A program made the translations under genes and the position numbers. A stretch of DNA of 63,717 bases, counting the filler, from Octopus bimaculoides (Eukaryota), in assembly GCF_001194135.2 (NCBI RefSeq). It is 4 parts of 4 records of this genome, joined end to end, with 100 filler letters (N's around TTAATTAATTAA, not from the genome) between each part and the next. Parts side by side here need not be neighbours in the genome. Positions count along the whole stretch, not along the records: positions 51,008 to 61,951 come from NC_068995.1; positions 62,052 to 63,717 come from NW_026305751.1; 2 more parts are not named here. One strand, given 5' to 3'. How positions within the stretch are numbered: the stretch's first letter is position 1; every line of letters begins with the position of its first letter. Under the pieces are notes generated by a model. The model saw only the letters and a list, made by a program, of their open reading frames with translations, ran no database searches and had not been told where the DNA came from. Below are positions 61,396-63,717 of this stretch, in pieces.

Positions 61396-61915
61396 AGAAA
61401 AGAATGGAGTGGACCTCTAAAGTAAGGTGTTAATGAGATTTGGTGGCTGAGTAAAAAAAAAAAAAATAACATGGACAGAATGGTTGTTTAGTGAAAAATG
61501 TGTACTTTTTTTCTGAAGAGGGATTAAGTGTGTTAAAATGGACAAAAAAGACAAATCGACAGAAGTGAAGATGAAATATAGAAAGGAAAAGAGAGTTTGA
61601 GAGATAGTGACCAGTTAAAGAGAAAGCGATAAAGAGAGTGGGAGAACATAGCTTATTGAAATGGAAGGGTTGCGCAAAGTAAATTGAAGTATGTGAATAA
61701 AATAGAAGAATATGTGAAACGAAGTTAAATTACTGAAGTATATTGGATGCAGTGATGTTAATAGCATTGGAACTGAAAGCAATACGCTTTACACTTGTGC
61801 TTATAATTCAGGGGAAAAAAGAAATGAAAAAAAAGATTTTCAAAATATCGAGAAAAAAAATGCAAAAATATCATCTAAGACATCAAATACGCACATTCAT
61901 GCGTATATACATACA

Positions 61916-61951
<36 letters not shown>

Positions 61952-62051
61952 NNNNNNNNNNNNNNNNNNNNNNNNNNNNNNNNNNNNNNNNNNNNTTAAT
62001 TAATTAANNNNNNNNNNNNNNNNNNNNNNNNNNNNNNNNNNNNNNNNNNNN
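61952..62051. other. Artificial assembly spacer 44N-TTAATTAATTAA-44N
   Basis: Same layout as the two other spacers. Confidence 0.9.
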
Positions 62052-62597
62052 AACCTGAAAGGAATTCTAACTGGGCTCCATCTGCGAGGTCATGCACTGT
62101 TAAACTTGATGTGAGATCACCATGTCGTGCACATATGGTTGTGATGTATGTGCCTGGTGTACTCTTATCAGACGGGTAGTCATGATGGGTATNNNNNNNN
62201 NNNNNNNNNNNNNNNNNNNNNNNNNNNNNNNNNNNNNNNNNNNNNNNNNNNNNNNNNNNNNNNNNNNNNNNNNNNNNNNNNNNNNNNNNNNNNNNNNNNN
62301 NNNNNNNNNNNNNNNNNNNCTTTCATGGCTTCTGATCTTAACTGATTGGAAGTGTTATCATGTACATGTTTTGTCTTGGTATAAAAGATGGGCTACAGCA
62401 AATATTCTGCTCAATATCTGAGATTTGCATGTCACTTGTTTGACCTTAATTGGTTGAGCATGTCCCTTGGTAGCTGACGATATGGGTGTCTCTGATCATG
62501 AGCAGAAATAGTAGAGGAGCATCATAGCCATGTGTTGAGAGGAATTATTTGATGGCATGCACTGCTATCTCACCTAATAATAATAATAATAATAGTA

Positions 62598-62723
<126 letters not shown>

Positions 62724-63440
62724 GTTTCAAATATTGGCATGAGGCCAGCAATTTTGGCGGGAATGGGGAGATAAGTAAATTCACTGACCCCAGTGCTTAA
62801 CTGATATTCAATCTATCACTTTGTTGATATTTCCTTGGTACATGTATTGTATTTCTATCAATTTGATAGCATGGTTCCAACAAGGATATTTTTGGTTGTA
62901 CTCCTGTGGTTATCATCAAAGATATTTATCTTTGAGAGGCCTACCCCTTAAAGAGATTTGTAGATACATATTACTAAGACAAATAAATCATATAAATAAA
63001 AGAATAATGTCTGCAAATATGAGTATAAGAAAAAAATCATATAAGTGTGTTTGTATGCGTTCAAAAAAGAATGTGTAAGTATTGTTGTGTCTCTAATTTT
63101 ACACACACACATAATCTCATATATTTTACGTGCAAGCCTCAACAAAGTGTTCATTTCTTGGAAATAATTAGTCTGCTGTAAGTTTAGTTATTTTTTTGCC
63201 AACTTTTATTATTTTTCATTCATCTGTTTTTTTTATGATTGTTAAATTAAAAGTTACTTGAAAGCTAAAATGATAAAAAATAAAATTTATATTTATAATC
63301 TATTAGTTTTCTGTAGCAGACCAATGATGTGATAATTATCTGTTTTAAACTAGACTGCAACACATTTAATTAGCAGTATGGTTCAAAGTTGGGTAACCAT
63401 AAAACACGTGCAACATTTTTGTATAAATACTAGATGCAGA

Positions 63441-63565
63441 TGTAGCTGTGTGGTAGGAAGTTTGCTTCCCAACCACATGGATACAGGTTAAGTCTCACTG
63501 CATGGCACCTTGGGCAAGTGTCTTCTGCTATAGCCTCAGGCCGACCAAAGCCTTATGAGTGTATT
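63441..63565 (+). mobile_element. SINE family A 5' half
   Basis: gctgtgtggtaggaagtttgcttcccaaccacatgg...caccttgggcaagtgtcttc. Confidence 0.85.
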
Positions 63566-63717
63566 TAGGCACTAAGCACATGCAACCACTGCTTTTTTCA
63601 CACATTCAAATTCTACCACAAATCCAAATGCCTAAAAGATCATACAGTATATTTCCACAATATCCCTTAGGTAATCTCAATAACCTTATAAATCTACATT
63701 TTAATCCTTATCTTAAT

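Overview
Repeat-saturated, AT-rich eukaryotic genomic DNA from a gapped draft assembly. The SINE families and dense (TA)n/(CA)n/(AAT)n microsatellites match what I recall of octopod cephalopod (Octopus-like) genomes; this species call is inference. I found no complete gene, rRNA, true tRNA gene or CRISPR array. Most supplied ORFs are microsatellite, SINE or N-gap artefacts. Recognisable content: (i) dozens of copies of at least four tRNA-headed SINE families; (ii) decayed non-LTR retrotransposons, including several RTE fragments (one an APE-endonuclease 5' end), a Penelope-like GIY-YIG fragment, R4/Dong-type REL-endonuclease 3' ends and a CR1-like scrap; (iii) a hAT transposase fossil, a possible Merlin fragment and many MITE/foldback hairpins; (iv) a few short splice-site-flanked open frames that may be exons of an unidentified host gene (low confidence). 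The most interesting signal is a set of hammerhead-ribozyme-like folds. One has a canonical core and an enlarged stem II (11028-11123, minus). Three minimal, dimer-type hammerheads share a non-canonical CUGU(U/G)GA-A core; two of these belong to one Penelope terminal-repeat family, and the third has unrelated but still paired stems. Three 100-bp 44N-TTAATTAATTAA-44N spacers are artificial joins, so long-range contiguity across them is unproven. All folds and translations were done by hand.
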